63,821 nt of DNA, filler included, from Octopus bimaculoides (GCF_001194135.2; 8 parts of 7 records of this genome joined end to end with filler, not necessarily neighbours in it); one strand, 5' to 3'. Counted from the first letter of the whole stretch, positions 1 through 12,619 are shown. Program-made: numbers and translations. Notes: a model not told the origin generated them from the letters alone.

Positions 1-1137
1 ATATACATATATATATATACATATATATAAGAGTCAGCCTTGTTACACTTTCTATCATTCTGAATATTCCCGAGAACTATATTAAAGGTATCTTTAACTC
101 ACTTTTCAAGGAGATTCAGCGTGACACAAAATGTGACAAGGCTGGCCCCTTTTGAATTACAGGTACAACTCACTTTTGCCAGCTGAGTGGACTGGCGCAA
201 CGTGAAATAAAGTATATTGATCAAGAACTCAACGAGTCGCCGGGGAATTTAATTTCCTGCGATGATCGTGACCCTTACGAACGTGAGCCGAATGCTCTAA
301 CCACCAAGCCACGTGCCTTCACTACATCTGTACTACATCTGACGTAGCTATCAGTGTTCAAGATATATATATGTGTATATTTCTATAATATAAATTGGAC
401 ATGAGCGATCGTTATATTCTTTCTTGTCTTGAGGTTCACAAACGGCTGAGTGGATTCGCGTGAAAAATGGCACACATGTGGAGACAGGTGCATAGATTGG
501 AATGCTGTGTGTATTTTTTCCTAGCCCCCATAATTACCGAGAAAATCGATTAAAACTTTTCTAATGGAATTCCCCTGTTTGTTCTGCCATTAAAACAACC
601 AGTTGTTCACACAGCCGGCATATACCATTTCGCTAGCAATAAGGGGAGTTCAGGATGACAGTCAGCCAAAACTTTCACTATGCTGCCTCTCTTCTTTCAC
701 CTCTTTGTGGGGTTAATAATCTTCATCTTTAGTTACAGTTTTTCATTCAAACTACATAATAGGCAGAATTGTCGGATTAAGACGGTAGGGTGTTTTGAGG
801 GAGATTTGGCTACCATGTAGAGGTCTGAACTTAATTGTCATTCACATATTTGTATTTCAAAAATTTAACAATCTTTTCCATAAATCAACAATCGTAAAAA
901 ATTTCTACCATGACCTCACATTTTCTATGTATGTGTGTGTACCTTAAAAGACGTGATTAGACAGAGGTCCAATAGAATAAATCTCAGAAACAGACTACGT
1001 ACAAATTCTTTCTTCACAACTACTCAATCTGTTTTCTGACAAGGGTGGGGTCAAGAAATGTCCATACAGCTGGAGGGTCCAATCGAAACAGAGGACCCGA
1101 AATGATAAGGTTGAAAAACGCTGTTATAGATTATGCC

Positions 1138-1202
1138 TAACCAAAAATGATCACAGCCACATCACCCAAACAGACCGGGTGAAACCGGGCCTAGCTGCTA
1201 GT
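1138..1202 (+). mobile_element. Helitron-type 3' terminus
   Basis: Short palindrome ccgggtgaaaccggg about 10 nt before CTAG|T. A near-identical end is at 5780-5827. Confidence 0.6.
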
Positions 1203-1471
1203 ATATATATATATATATATATATGAGTGTGTGTGTGTATGTATGTATGTACATACGTATGTGTGTACATACGTATGTGTGTACGCGTGTATGTGTGTAT
1301 GGCTGCCTGTGATTACATTCATATTATCTCTGTAATGCATATTTCTCCTTTTGACTATTCAGTACTATTTTTACTAACAAAGAATGGCGGCTGAATTAAA
1401 AAACGAATATTTATTCAAATTCTCTTAACATACATCTTCTAAATTCATGTTGATTAATGAATATTTGTTAT

Positions 1472-1477
1472 TTTATT
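1472..1477 (-). promoter_or_regulatory. Candidate polyadenylation signal of the CYP gene
   Basis: AATAAA on the minus strand about 75 nt after the CYP stop codon. The region is AT-rich, so a chance match is possible. Confidence 0.35.
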
Positions 1478-1551
1478 ACATGATAATACAGTTAATCATT
1501 TTTATATAATTTCATAAGTGATTGATTTGATTTTATGGTAGTTTATTTTCA

Positions 1552-1626
1552 TCACCTTCGTTCAAATTTCAACCAGACTCCATTTTTAGCAGCCAACAGA
1601 AAGTGATCACTGAACACGAGTGGGTT
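1552..1626 (-). CDS. CYP3-clan cytochrome P450, terminal coding exon (CYP3A exon 13 equivalent)
   Basis: Acceptor ttctattacag, then NPLVFSDHFLLAAKNGVWLKFERR-TGA. 75 nt, phase 0, matching the previous exon's donor. Confidence 0.88.
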   Translation of the reverse strand, partial: NPLVFSDHFLLAAKNGVWLKFERR

Positions 1627-2238
1627 CTGTAATAGAAAACAGAAAGTTAAAACAGACGCTTGTGTTTGTCTGATTGTATGTATGTATGCATGTATGTATG
1701 TATGTATGTATGTATGTATGTATGTATTTATGAATAAACTTGTTACAAGTTCAAGTATATTCGAAACCGTAAGAAGGCTATTCACTGCGTTTTGTTATGG
1801 AGAAATAATTTTGCTGTAGACAAAAGTCTGCAAACGCACCGTGACAACTCTGTAGTTGCCTTTCTTTCCGATTTACAATACTGATAAGAAGATAACCTGT
1901 GGTAACCTGTCTGAAATGCATGCATCCATTTATCTGGATGCATACCTACATGCAGGTAAGCATGCATAATGCTAGTCTCTTGTAGTCCGAAAAAGGGGGC
2001 GACAACCAGCGCAAATGGTTTGTAGTGATCAAATGTATGCACTGTACGTTAGCTCCTCTTCCCCCACGAAAACAAAAACGGCGTTCCCTGAACAGGTCCG
2101 CGGTGTACCACATGTCAAGTGTTGAAGTGACCACATAGCATCACGTGAGATGAAGAGTTGTACTGGAACATAATACACTACCTGGTCCAGGAATTGAAAC
2201 CACGATCTCACAAAACACAGGAACATGCGCCTTCGACA

Positions 2239-2244
2239 CGCACG

Positions 2245-2336
<92 letters not shown>
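2239..2336. repeat. (CA)n microsatellite; many more (CA), (TA) and (TATG) arrays throughout the window
   Basis: Read directly from the sequence. Confidence 0.98.
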
Positions 2337-2608
2337 TGTCATTTAATGTACACTGTATTAGTATATGAGATACTAATAGTTTCTTGCCATTTACTTTTAC
2401 TTTATTCTATGAACCTTTATTGGATAAAAAGCAAAACTCACTTCGGCAGGATTTAAACTCAGAACATAAAGAGCCGCAAGAAATGCAGCTCGCCAACGAT
2501 TCTATCAGCTTGCTCCATCGAGTTTTGTTTGGAATAAAAGATAAAAAAAAGAAATACACCCAAAGTTTGTAAAAATTTCAATTTTACGGACAAAAATACG
2601 GTAATTAC

Positions 2609-2771
2609 TTCGGTTTTCTCTGTCGGAAGAATTTTGAAATTTCGAATGATTTGAACTGCTGCTATCTTGAACTCCATCTTGGCCAGTCTCATTCCTAGAC
2701 ACATCCTTGGTCCCGCACCAAATGGTAAGTAGGTGAATGGTACTTGCTGAGATTTTGCTTCTTCACTGAAT
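2609..2771 (-). CDS. CYP3-clan P450 heme-binding exon (exon 12 equivalent)
   Basis: tttacag|A FSEEAKSQQVPFTYLPFGAGPRMCLGMRLAKMEFKIAAVQIIRNFKILPTEKTE|gtaatt. Contains the FxxGxRxCxG heme-ligand motif. 163 nt, phase 2 to 0. Confidence 0.97.
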
Positions 2772-4019
2772 CTGTAAATATCAAAAATACATCGATAAGC
2801 AGTCCCATATTATTTGTCGTTGTGGTTGTTACTTTTGATGATGATGATGATGAGGCTACAGAGGGATAGAAAGTTTTAACTAGCAAAATAATTAACTTTC
2901 GTGTAAGTATAAGAAGTTGTTACGATTTAGTTCCTATTTGCTGACCCTTAGAAAGTATGAAAAATGGCTAAGATTTCCTTCAAACTTTTCTTTTGCTACA
3001 CTTATTCAAACGCCAAAGAATCTCCCCTCAACACATGGCTATGATGCTCCCCCACTACTTCTGCTCATGATCAGAGATGCACATATTGTCAGCCACGAAG
3101 TGACATGCTCAAGTAGTTATGGTCAAGCAACTGACAAGAAAATCTTTGACATTTCTAATTCAGCAACTCAGCACTGAATCCTGTTTAAAATGCAGTGGAA
3201 AATTGCTAAGTTTTAAAACATTTGATATCCAACTCACCAAAGCAAAGTTTGAAGGAAATGGTAGTCATTTTCTTTGATTTCTAAATAGAAGTAAATAGGA
3301 AATAACACTTACTGACCAAAAACAAAAAGCAAACCTCGGATATTGAACAGAATATTAACTATAAAGTGCTGAATTTACCTGAAATGTAATGGGAAATTAG
3401 TCAGTTTCAAAACATTGATGTCCGGGTCACAAAAGCAAATTTGAAAGGTGGAATAGTAGTAATTTCCTTTGATTTCTAGATTGGAGCAAGTATGAAATAA
3501 CACTTACTTTGATACAAAATGTTATTGACTTAGCTCCTTTGAGTTTTATTTGCTGTCTTGCAAACAACTCGCACATGCAAGTGCTACCAGTCGAGAATTC
3601 CGCATACCGGAAGCCAGCAAGTGTATGGGGTCATCAGGAGAGAATGCGCACCGTTTCGGGGCCTACCTCTCGACGGCATCAGTGCGCACCGGCCCCCCTC
3701 ACTGATGTGAGGCCCCGCTTGCTAGATCAACTGGTTATTAAAAACAAAGCTCAATATTTCTCTAGCCATCGCTCATCGTCTCTTCTCCACTGTCTTTTAG
3801 ATATCGGTCATGGTGGTTTTTACCTTACGATGAGTTAGACCTGAAATATTTATTAGAACTAAAATATCGTATGCATGAGGCTATAATAGAAGACATTTAC
3901 TCGAGGTAACGTGTACTAAGATGGAATTTAGAACCACTCAGATGTGAATCAAACTATTTAACCATATATCTAAGGTGGCGCCCATTAAATGAATATTGTA
4001 AGGTAATTTAAAGTGTTAC

Positions 4020-4157
4020 CTTTCTGGAATAAATTTGTCTGGTTCAGGCCAGTATTTCGGATCATAATGTATAGTATCGATAGCGATTCTGAGAGATAAT
4101 CCTTTGGGTATCTTTGTACCTTTTATCGTGCAAGTCTTTCTACACTGACGTTCAACT
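4020..4157 (-). CDS. CYP3-clan P450 exon with meander/PER motif (3' part of exon 11 equivalent)
   Basis: tttcag|A VERQCRKTCTIKGTKIPKGLSLRIAIDTIHYDPKYWPEPDKFIPE AG|gtaaca. 138 nt, phase 2 to 2. Confidence 0.95.
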
Positions 4158-4249
4158 CTGAAATAGCGGTTGATAGTTAATAGAAATGAGGTAAAAATTA
4201 ACATAAGTTAGATTATCTATCAATTGTTACTGCATAAACATACACACGC

Positions 4250-4255
4250 ATAGAG

Positions 4256-4335
<80 letters not shown>

Positions 4336-4492
4336 GGTTGGATGGGTGGATGGTTGCATTAATGAATGGATGGGTGGATGGATGGATGGATGGATGGGTG
4401 GAGGGTGGATGGATAGATGGATCGGTGGATGGGTGGAAGGGTGGACAGACAAACGGACAGAGAAGCAAGCATATAGATAGGTAGATAGAGAG

Positions 4493-4545
<53 letters not shown>

Positions 4546-4584
4546 GAGAGAGTGAGTGAGAGAGATAGGTAGATAGATAGATAA

Positions 4585-4625
<41 letters not shown>

Positions 4626-4626
4626 G

Positions 4627-4669
<43 letters not shown>

Positions 4670-4678
4670 AAGATAGAG

Positions 4679-4743
<65 letters not shown>

Positions 4744-4776
4744 GTGAGTGAGAGAGATAGGTAGATAGATAGATAA

Positions 4777-4807
<31 letters not shown>

Positions 4808-4808
4808 A
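4250..4808. repeat. Compound microsatellite (GA)n/(GGAT)n/(GATA)n
   Basis: Read directly from the sequence. It produces the spurious SLSL/YLSI ORFs. Confidence 0.98.
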
Positions 4809-4914
4809 ATTGCAACCGAAGTCTTTGCCCGTTTCCATGGCTTGTTTTCTAATTCTTTGATTAACTGAATTACACACTCATTGAGTATTATCTATACTAT
4901 AAATTGCAATGTTC

Positions 4915-5827
4915 TTGATTGCTTGATTGATTGATTGATTGTGTGTCGGCAGATTCACTCGAGAACGGTGCAGTGGAATCGCGTGAAATTCAGCACAGAG
5001 CGGCAGCATGGTCCGCTCATGTTCAGGAGATTTTTATTGCCCTCCAACTCCCATGGTTACCGAGATAATCGATTATTACTTTTTAAGATAGGAATATCCC
5101 ATTCAAAGTGGGGAGGGGCGATTTTGTTGCCTTTCCCATGCGCGAAATTTTACGAAAAACCAGCACAATAAAGATTATTTTTTCCAAGTAATGTGGCTGG
5201 GTTTGTTTTTCGAAAATTTTAATCAGAGACACAGNNNNNNNNNNNNNNNNNNNNNNNNNNNNNNNNNNNNNNNNNNNNNNNNNNNNNNNNNNNNNNNNNN
5301 NNNNNNNNNAAGGCTTACGCTCTTTCTAATTACTGTGTTTTTTTTTTAGCTTCAGTTACAAATGTCTTCAAACGTCGACATTCAAACAGCTTTTCCATAT
5401 TGAGACAAACGGACTCTGCACAATTGTATCCATCCGGGAACGCGTTTTCAATAATTGAAATTCACAATTCTAATTAGTGTACATGAACGTCCAACCTATG
5501 GTTGATCTTGAACAGTTTCGATTAACATTCTTGTGTCGCCAATACAACAACCGCACTACCATATATTTTTCTTTTAAGGCGAGGTTATACCACAAATAAG
5601 GTTCCGTGACTACATGGGGCTATGGGTACACACGTGAAGTTAGTTTTACAATATCGACCCGCAAAATCCTTAGCATCGTATTGTTTTGGGGTTGTTCTTA
5701 CTTTTTTTGTTTTTGGAATTTTTGTCTTTTTATTTTTAGTTCTTTTTATTATTCAAAATATACATAGGAAATAGCCTTTAACCAAATCCATCACAGTGCC
5801 CGAGTGAAACCGGGAAAAACAGCTAGT
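4915..5827 (+). mobile_element. Probable non-autonomous Helitron (3' end clear, 5' boundary uncertain)
   Basis: Ends tcacagtgcccgagtgaaaccgggaaaaacagCTAG|T. Same terminal signature as 1138-1202. Confidence 0.5.
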
Positions 5828-5914
5828 TTGTTATACTAGAAACATTTATGTTGCATCTTCAACGTAATGATCCGCCTCGACAGTTGTGACAACTGATTTA
5901 TATGAGCCAAACTA

Positions 5915-6340
5915 AAGGTGGTGAGCTGGCAGAGACGTTAGTACGCTGGGCGAAATGCTTAGCGGTACTTCCTCTGCTGTTACGTTCTGAGTTCAAGTTC
6001 TGCCGAGGTCGACTTTGCCTTTCCTTCTTTTAGGGTCGATACGTTAAGTACCAGTTACGCACTGGGGTCGATGTAATCGACTTAATTCCTTTGTCTGTCC
6101 TTGTTTGTCCCCTTTGTGTGTAACCCCTTGTGGGCAACAAAGGAATAAGAAACGTTGGCACGCCAGGCGAAATGCTAAGCAGTATTTCGTCTGTCTTGAC
6201 GTTCTGTGTTCAAATTTCGCCGAGGTCGACTTTGCCTTTCATCCCTTTCGGGGTCGATAAATTAAGTACCAGTTGTGTACTGAAGTCGATTTAATCGACT
6301 GGCCCCTTCCCCGAAAAGTTTGGACTTAGAGTAGAAAAGT
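5915..6340 (+). mobile_element. Nested or tandem tRNA-derived SINEs
   Basis: SINE head and body ending in the ccccttgtgggcaacaaaggaat tail, directly followed by gaaacgttggcacgcc..., which resumes a second SINE with a different end. Confidence 0.85.
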
Positions 6341-7583
6341 GTATATGACCTTACTAACGAATGTGAAAATACTCCGCGTTTCTCTCTCACTCTTCATCCT
6401 TGACCCTCTCATCACTGACACGTGACGAAAGGGGATCACTCTTTCTGTCCACTGCCTTCTTATAGAAAAGACGTATTTTTCTGTCTCTTCTCTCATGCAC
6501 GTCTATCTTAGCGTTCATAATAATTTTTCTATCGTCTTGGCTCAACAGCCCTCACCGTTTGTTTTTACTGTCTTGTTCTCACTGTCCTCTTCTTGTTAAC
6601 ACTTTCACCCTCCGCCAAAAATTCCTAATTTTATTTAATTTGCTTTGTGGGAAGGACTGTTCCAACGAAGTCGCGTATTGCCATTGCCTTCAAAACGTGG
6701 AGTAGATGGAACAGGGTTAACTGACGAAGGGGTATACTCCTTATGTTGCATGTCTCGTTTCTCTGTTTGTTTTTCCGTTGTTCGAAAAAAGTTTGTTTTC
6801 TGTTTTCGTTTCTCATTGTGTTTAACGTTTTTTTTTTGATGTTCTGTACCCATATATGCATGTATGTATACATATAGATGTAGGTATGTACATATATGTA
6901 TGGATATATGCATATGTTTATATATTTTTTATATTATATGATCGAACGCCACACATCATTTCCCAAGTAAGGGATGACGGTGATAGTAAACGATGTGAAA
7001 GAGAGTTGTGATAGTGATGGAGGGGAAGGTAGCGAAGTCAAAGATATTGATGGTGGTGGCGTCAGAAGTCTGACTGAAGTGTGTATGGCAGTTGCGGTGG
7101 TGACGGTAGTGGCGAAGTCAAAGGTATTGATGGTGGTTGCATCGGAAGTCTGATTGAAGTGTGTATGGCAGTTGTGGTGGCGATGGTATTGGTGCTGGGG
7201 ATGGTGATGATTGAAAACAATCAATAGAAAGAGAGACAGACACACACACAGAGAAAGACGTTAGGCAGAAAAAATATGCTGACCCCTGAATGGGAAGACA
7301 AAAAATGTTATTTATCATGCAGCTTTGCAATAAGTTCCAAGTCAATAAATTATATCATTGTTTTGATGAAAATTGTTCGTTGCTTGGAAAATATTAGTCA
7401 AGTTTAATAAAATTAAATATGTATTCAATGCATGAAGTGTCATTGTTGGTTCCAAGGCCCAATGAAGAGCCCTCCACAAAAGCTAGCGATATAGGTATGT
7501 GAGTGTATGCATGCTTGCAGAGAGATTAAATAACCGATGCAGGAATTATGTCTATAACAAAAACAAATGCAAGAGAAACGTAC

Positions 7584-7672
7584 GCAGTTGCAATCGGATA
7601 CATCCGCAATGTCTCGTCCAAACACATATCGAGATAAAGTAATTGCCGAATATTATCATAAGTTGGAAGATC
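7584..7672 (-). CDS. CYP3-clan P450 K-helix exon (5' part of exon 11 equivalent); not in the ORF track
   Basis: Manual reverse complement: ttctag|DLPTYDNIRQLLYLDMCLDETLRMYPIAT GC|gtacgt. Contains ExxR (ETLR). 89 nt, phase 0 to 2. Confidence 0.95.
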
Positions 7673-7934
7673 CTAGAACACAAAAGCAATATGAATATAA
7701 CAATATTAATTATCTATATAAATATGTGCATCGATATACAAAACATTGGTGTTGATGTTGTGTCACGTTTTGTGCCTTAATTTATATGTTCAACAAATAG
7801 TGATCGATAAAACTGAAATTTATATTAGAGCCAATACAATCAGTTAAATGCAAGAAAATATTGTCCTCGTATGGCTGCAGGCCAGTGACTGAAACCTGTA
7901 ATAGAGATATAAAAATATAAAACTAAACTGTCGT

Positions 7935-8265
7935 TCAGTTCTATATTTAAGAGATGAGGAATTATGTACAGTATTTATATTTGACGGTTATTTGTCCTCA
8001 TCTTGTTTGTTGTTAACACAACGTTTCGGCCCACGGGCATATGACGTAGTAGTTAAGCGCGCAGGCTACTAACCCCAAGATTCCGAGTTAGATTCCAGGC
8101 AGTGGCCTGAATGATAATAATAACAATAATAATGATAATAACATCGAAAAATACCTTAATGAACGAGAACCCAGGTTCGAAATTTCCCTAAGACACCTGA
8201 TGAAGGCTGGAGGGTATATCAGCCGAAACGTTATGTTAACAACAAACAAGATGAGGACAAATATC
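7935..8265. repeat. Dispersed repeat module present in both orientations (other copies 8985-9090, 12090-12520)
   Basis: atatttgtcctcatcttgtttgttgttaacacaacgtttcggc and its reverse complement occur repeatedly in CYP introns. Confidence 0.85.
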
Positions 8266-8786
8266 CGACAATCACCCTCCTCACCAAGCAAGCTTGATGG
8301 GGTTGCCAGTTTAGTCGCCGACGAACCGACCATTGTACCCGACAGGTTGTAGTGGGTTACATGTTACCAGTAGCACTCAAGAGCGACCTGACACCATAAA
8401 CAATTGAATAGAATGAAAAAATATTTGAAACGCGTTATGTCCATCCCTGGACATTACTGTCGCGTGTCCTTGATCCAAAGGGACGATTATCCGGTTTCCA
8501 CGGCGTATAAGTAACCGAGATCATATCTCCCCTGAACGGGACGCAAGTCCATCACAAGTTTATTCATTTACAGCCGAGTAGACTGAAATGACCTGAAATG
8601 AAATGTTTTGCTGAAGAGCACAACGCACAGCCCGGTCTGTGAATCGAAACTAAGATCTTTCAGTCGTGAATGCAACACCCTAACCATTATGCCACACACT
8701 CTCACGTTTGGAATATGGTCGCACTTAAAAGACAGAGGAGATTCAAACTAACAATGAAATTTTCTAAATGGTTGTACTATACTTAC

Positions 8787-8944
8787 CTCCCCCAACACAT
8801 CTACAATCTCTTCGTATATTTTTTGCTGACATTTAGAATTAATTGCCATTAAATACGTGAAAAAAGTAAGAGTAGAAGCGGTAGTTTCGTAACCAGCCAC
8901 AAAAAGTAACACACATTGAGCCAGAATTTCATTGTCGGTAATTC
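8787..8944 (-). CDS. CYP3-clan P450 I-helix exon (exon 10 equivalent)
   Basis: ttccatag|GA ITDNEILAQCVLLFVAGYETTASTLTFFTYLMAINSKCQQKIYEEIVDVLGE|gtaagt. Contains AGYETT. 158 nt, phase 1 to 0. Confidence 0.97.
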
Positions 8945-9170
8945 CTATGGAAAATAAAAAAATCAGAAATATATTTAAGAAATGAGGAATTATGTACATT
9001 ATTTACATTATTTACATTTGATGGATATTTGTCCCCATCTTCTTTGTTGTTAACACAACGTTTCGGCTGATTTACCCTCCAGCCTTCATGGCTGATACAG
9101 TTTATCATCGAATAATTTATAATGCTGGTAATAAACATAAGCCACACCAAAAGCAGTTGTCTAGTGGTAG

Positions 9171-9395
9171 TTGTGGAGGCTGCACAAAGCCGGATTTCAG
9201 AGGAGCGCTGCAATCAGAAAACCATTACTTTCAAAAACAAACGTTGCAAAACGTTTAGAGTGGAGTAAAAACCTACTGAATTGGTCCCTAGAGCAGTGGA
9301 AGAATGTTATTTTTCCGGACGAGTCATCCTTTTCCTTATTTCCGACCACCGGCTGAGTATACGTGTGGAGACAGCCAAAGGAAACATTTGACCCC
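9171..9395 (+). mobile_element. Tc1-like transposase fragment
   Basis: RLHKAGFQRSAAIRKPLLSKTNVAKRLEWSK...WKNVIFPDESSFSLF...VYVWRQP. The WxxVxFSDES motif carries the first catalytic Asp. Confidence 0.88.
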
Positions 9396-9610
9396 AGAAA
9401 CAACGAAGCCTTTAACATTATCATCCAAAATCTACCCATCCTCACTAGAGATAAAACAATGAACAAAATTTTAGGCTTACACAAAATTATCAAAACCAAA
9501 ATGCAACCTAAATCATTGAAAAAAATATTAACCAGCGCAAGACTATATCCATTAACAGAACCAAAAGTGAAAAACTGTAGTCAACCTAACTGTGGTACTT
9601 GCCCCACAAT
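9396..9610 (+). mobile_element. Penelope-like element fragment (linker before the GIY-YIG endonuclease)
   Basis: QNLPILTRDKTMNKIL...QPKSLKKILTSARL...KNCSQPNCGTCP resembles the PxxLKxIL and CxxxxCxxC motifs of Penelope elements. Confidence 0.7.
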
Positions 9611-10977
9611 AATGACTTTTATTACTTTTATTCCTACCTCAGTTCATCTAATTGTATATATCTATCATTACTTTTCATAAAAAGCCTTTAATTTTTTTGA
9701 TTTCCAATGTGCATTTTCGCTTATTTTATATCTTTCACCTTACATTTCCACGTGTAGTTTCTATTTTGTTTTTGTAACATATTTCTATTATATATANNNN
9801 NNNNNNNNNNNNNNNNNNNNNNNNNNNNNNNNNNNNNNNNNNNNNNNNNNNNNNNNNNNNNNNNNNNNNNNNNNNNNNNNNNNNNNNNNNNNNNNNNNNN
9901 NNNNNNNNNNNNNNNNNNNNNNNNNNNNNNNNNNNNNNNNNNNNNNNNNNNNNNNNNNNNNNNNNNNNNNNNNNNNNNNNNNNNNNNNNNNNNNNNNNNN
10001 NNNNNNNNNNNNNNNNNNNNNNNNNNNNNNNNNNNNNNNNNNNNNNNNNNNNNNNNNNNNNNNNNNNNNNNNNNNNNNNNNNNNNNNNNNNNNNNNNNNN
10101 NNNNNNNNNNNNNNNNNNNNNNNNNNNNNNNNNNNNNNNNNNNNNNNNNNNNNNNNNNNNNNNNNNNNNNNNNNNNNNNNNNNNNNNNNNNNNNNNNNNN
10201 NNNNNNNNNNNNNNNNNNNNNNNNNNNNNNNNNNNNNNNNNNNNNNNNNNNNNNNNNNNNNNNNNNNNNNNNNNNNNNNNNNNNNNNNNNNNNNNNNNNN
10301 NNNNNNNNNNNNNNNNNNNNNNNNNNNNNNNNNNNNNNNNNNNNNNNNNNNNNNNNNNNNNNNNNNNNNNNNNNNNNNNNNNNNNNNNNNNNNNNNNNNN
10401 NNNNNNNNNNNNNNNNNNATATATATAACCAGTTTCCACACAGGCTCCGTTTACCAACTTCACGCACAAGGCATTGGTTAGCCGAGGGTTATAGTTGAAT
10501 TGAAGACAGTTACCCAAGGTGTGCCGTGCAGTGGGACTGAGCCTGAAATCGCAAGGGTTGCAAAGTGGGTTTCTTAACCAACCAGCCATGCCTCCATATT
10601 TGGCTATATGGTGGATAGTCTTAATAAGGTCGCAAATACTCAATGCAGTGGCAGAGGTCGTTAGTAGTAAGCGGGTCTGTAAGTGTGAAAGAATCAAGTA
10701 TGTTTGAAACGTCTATGTGTTTTCTGTTAGAGACGTGAGTACGGACCAAAGATAGTTGACACAAGAAGTTCGGGATTGCAAAAGTTTCAACGTATGCAGT
10801 TTAATATATGAGTGGTGTTTCCGTATTGGTATTACATGCATGCATGTGTGTGGAGGAGATTGAAGCCACGAAGGATGAATGCTTCAGAAGGGGGAGTTAT
10901 ACTATGTATAACCAGTTCTATGTTTTCACCTACTTCAATGTTTCAAAGAAATTAGAAAAATACAACTGAAAACTTAC

Positions 10978-11111
10978 GTCATTATTCATTGGGGTTTTCT
11001 TCCGATCGTCTATCAGTTGCTTACAAAATTTCCTGAAGGATACTTCGCTACCAAAAATTGAATTTAGTAAATTCAGTTTTTCGAAAAGTATCCTTGTACT
11101 CGGAAACATCA
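10978..11111 (-). CDS. CYP3-clan P450 F/G-helix exon (exon 8 equivalent)
   Basis: cattgcag|TG MFPSTRILFEKLNLLNSIFGSEVSFRKFCKQLIDDRKKTPMNND|gtaagt. 134 nt, phase 1 to 0. Confidence 0.88.
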
Positions 11112-11172
11112 CTGCAATGTGATTAAAAAAGAAATTACGATAATTTTACAAATAGACTCTGTGTGTGTATGT

Positions 11173-11203
<31 letters not shown>

Positions 11204-11299
11204 CGTGCGTGCGTGCGCGCGTGTATGTGCGTGTGTGCTTAAATACACATATATATAGATATATATGCATATATATATAACTTTATATGCATATATAAA

Positions 11300-11359
<60 letters not shown>

Positions 11360-11997
11360 TATCTATAAGTGTAAATACATATATGTATGCATGTATATAC
11401 GTAAGTACATATATGTATAGGTTTAAATAAGCTCATTTACAGTTATTGTCTGCCTGATGCCATCATAATTTGGAAATGCTCTTGCTACTGGACATACATC
11501 ATGAATTCTATAGCATCCGTTGAGGTTATATAAATAGATAAATGATAGAGAATGGATTGAGCGACATTCATTATTTAAATTCACTAAAATTATTTCGGCA
11601 CATTTTTCTCTCGTAGTACATTGATAAGGTGTTGTGTTATCATTATCATCTATCAAAAATGCAAAATACCCCTTCTCAGATGATTGTTTAGACCAAGTTC
11701 TTTGTAAATTCCACTGTAGTTTGACTCATAGGCAAAATAGTGTGTAATTTGCAGCAGTTTGCCGACAGAATTAAACCCATAGATATATTGACAAATAAAT
11801 TACAATAATAATCAAAATACAAAACACAGAAATAAAGAGATAGACAAATATATGTGTGTGCGTGTATGTGTGTTTGTGTGTGTATGTGTGTGTGTGTGCG
11901 CGCGCGCGCAGAGCCTTACCGATGAAATGCCGAGTAACTTAGGAAGTATGCTTTTGCTACCAAGAGTGATATCAGCGAATATAACACACATAATAGA

Positions 11998-12037
<40 letters not shown>

Positions 12038-12308
12038 AATTATTATTTCCCGGTGCTTATACATAACATAACATGAATAATATTAATAAAGTTCTATATT
12101 TAAGAAATGAGGGATTATGTACATTATTTACATTGGACGGATATTTGTCCTCATTCTGTTTGTTGTTAACAACATTTCGGCCGATATACCCTCCAGCCTT
12201 CATCACGTGTCTTAGGTAAATTTCGAACATGGGTTCTCATTCCTAAGGTATTTTCGGTTTTATTATCATCATCATCATCATCATCATCATCATTATTATT
12301 ATCATTAA

Positions 12309-12370
<62 letters not shown>

Positions 12371-12619
12371 TCATTGCCAGGAATCGAACTCGGAATCTTG
12401 GAGTTAGTATCCTGCGCTCTTAACCAAGACACCTGATGAAGGCTGGAGGGTATATCAGCCGAAACGTTGTGTTAACAACAAACAAGATGAGGACAAATAG
12501 CCGTCAAATGTAAATAATGTAAATGATGAATAATATTAATTTTCAAAAGAAAAATATTTAATACCTGAAAATAAGATTAAATGACAACTTTTCATTTTAT
12601 TATTTGCAATATATTATTA

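Noticed and set aside
2170-2200. SIPGPG resembling the CYP proline hinge
   Set aside because: Located in the last intron, so in the wrong order, and within SINE-like sequence.
5915-6060. SINE heads as tRNA genes
   Set aside because: A/B-box-like motifs are present, but I could not fold a cloverleaf, and they continue into SINE body sequence.
9700-9797. Possible CYP exon 9 at the gap edge
   Set aside because: No DFLQLM-like motif and no stop-free phase-1 donor. The exon is more likely within the 9798-10418 gap.
11920-11985. Possible CYP exon 7 (DITLGSKSILPKLLGISS|gtaagg)
   Set aside because: No upstream AG acceptor and wrong phase (0; phase 1 needed). The phase-1 frame has a stop and no FG.YTMDVI motif.
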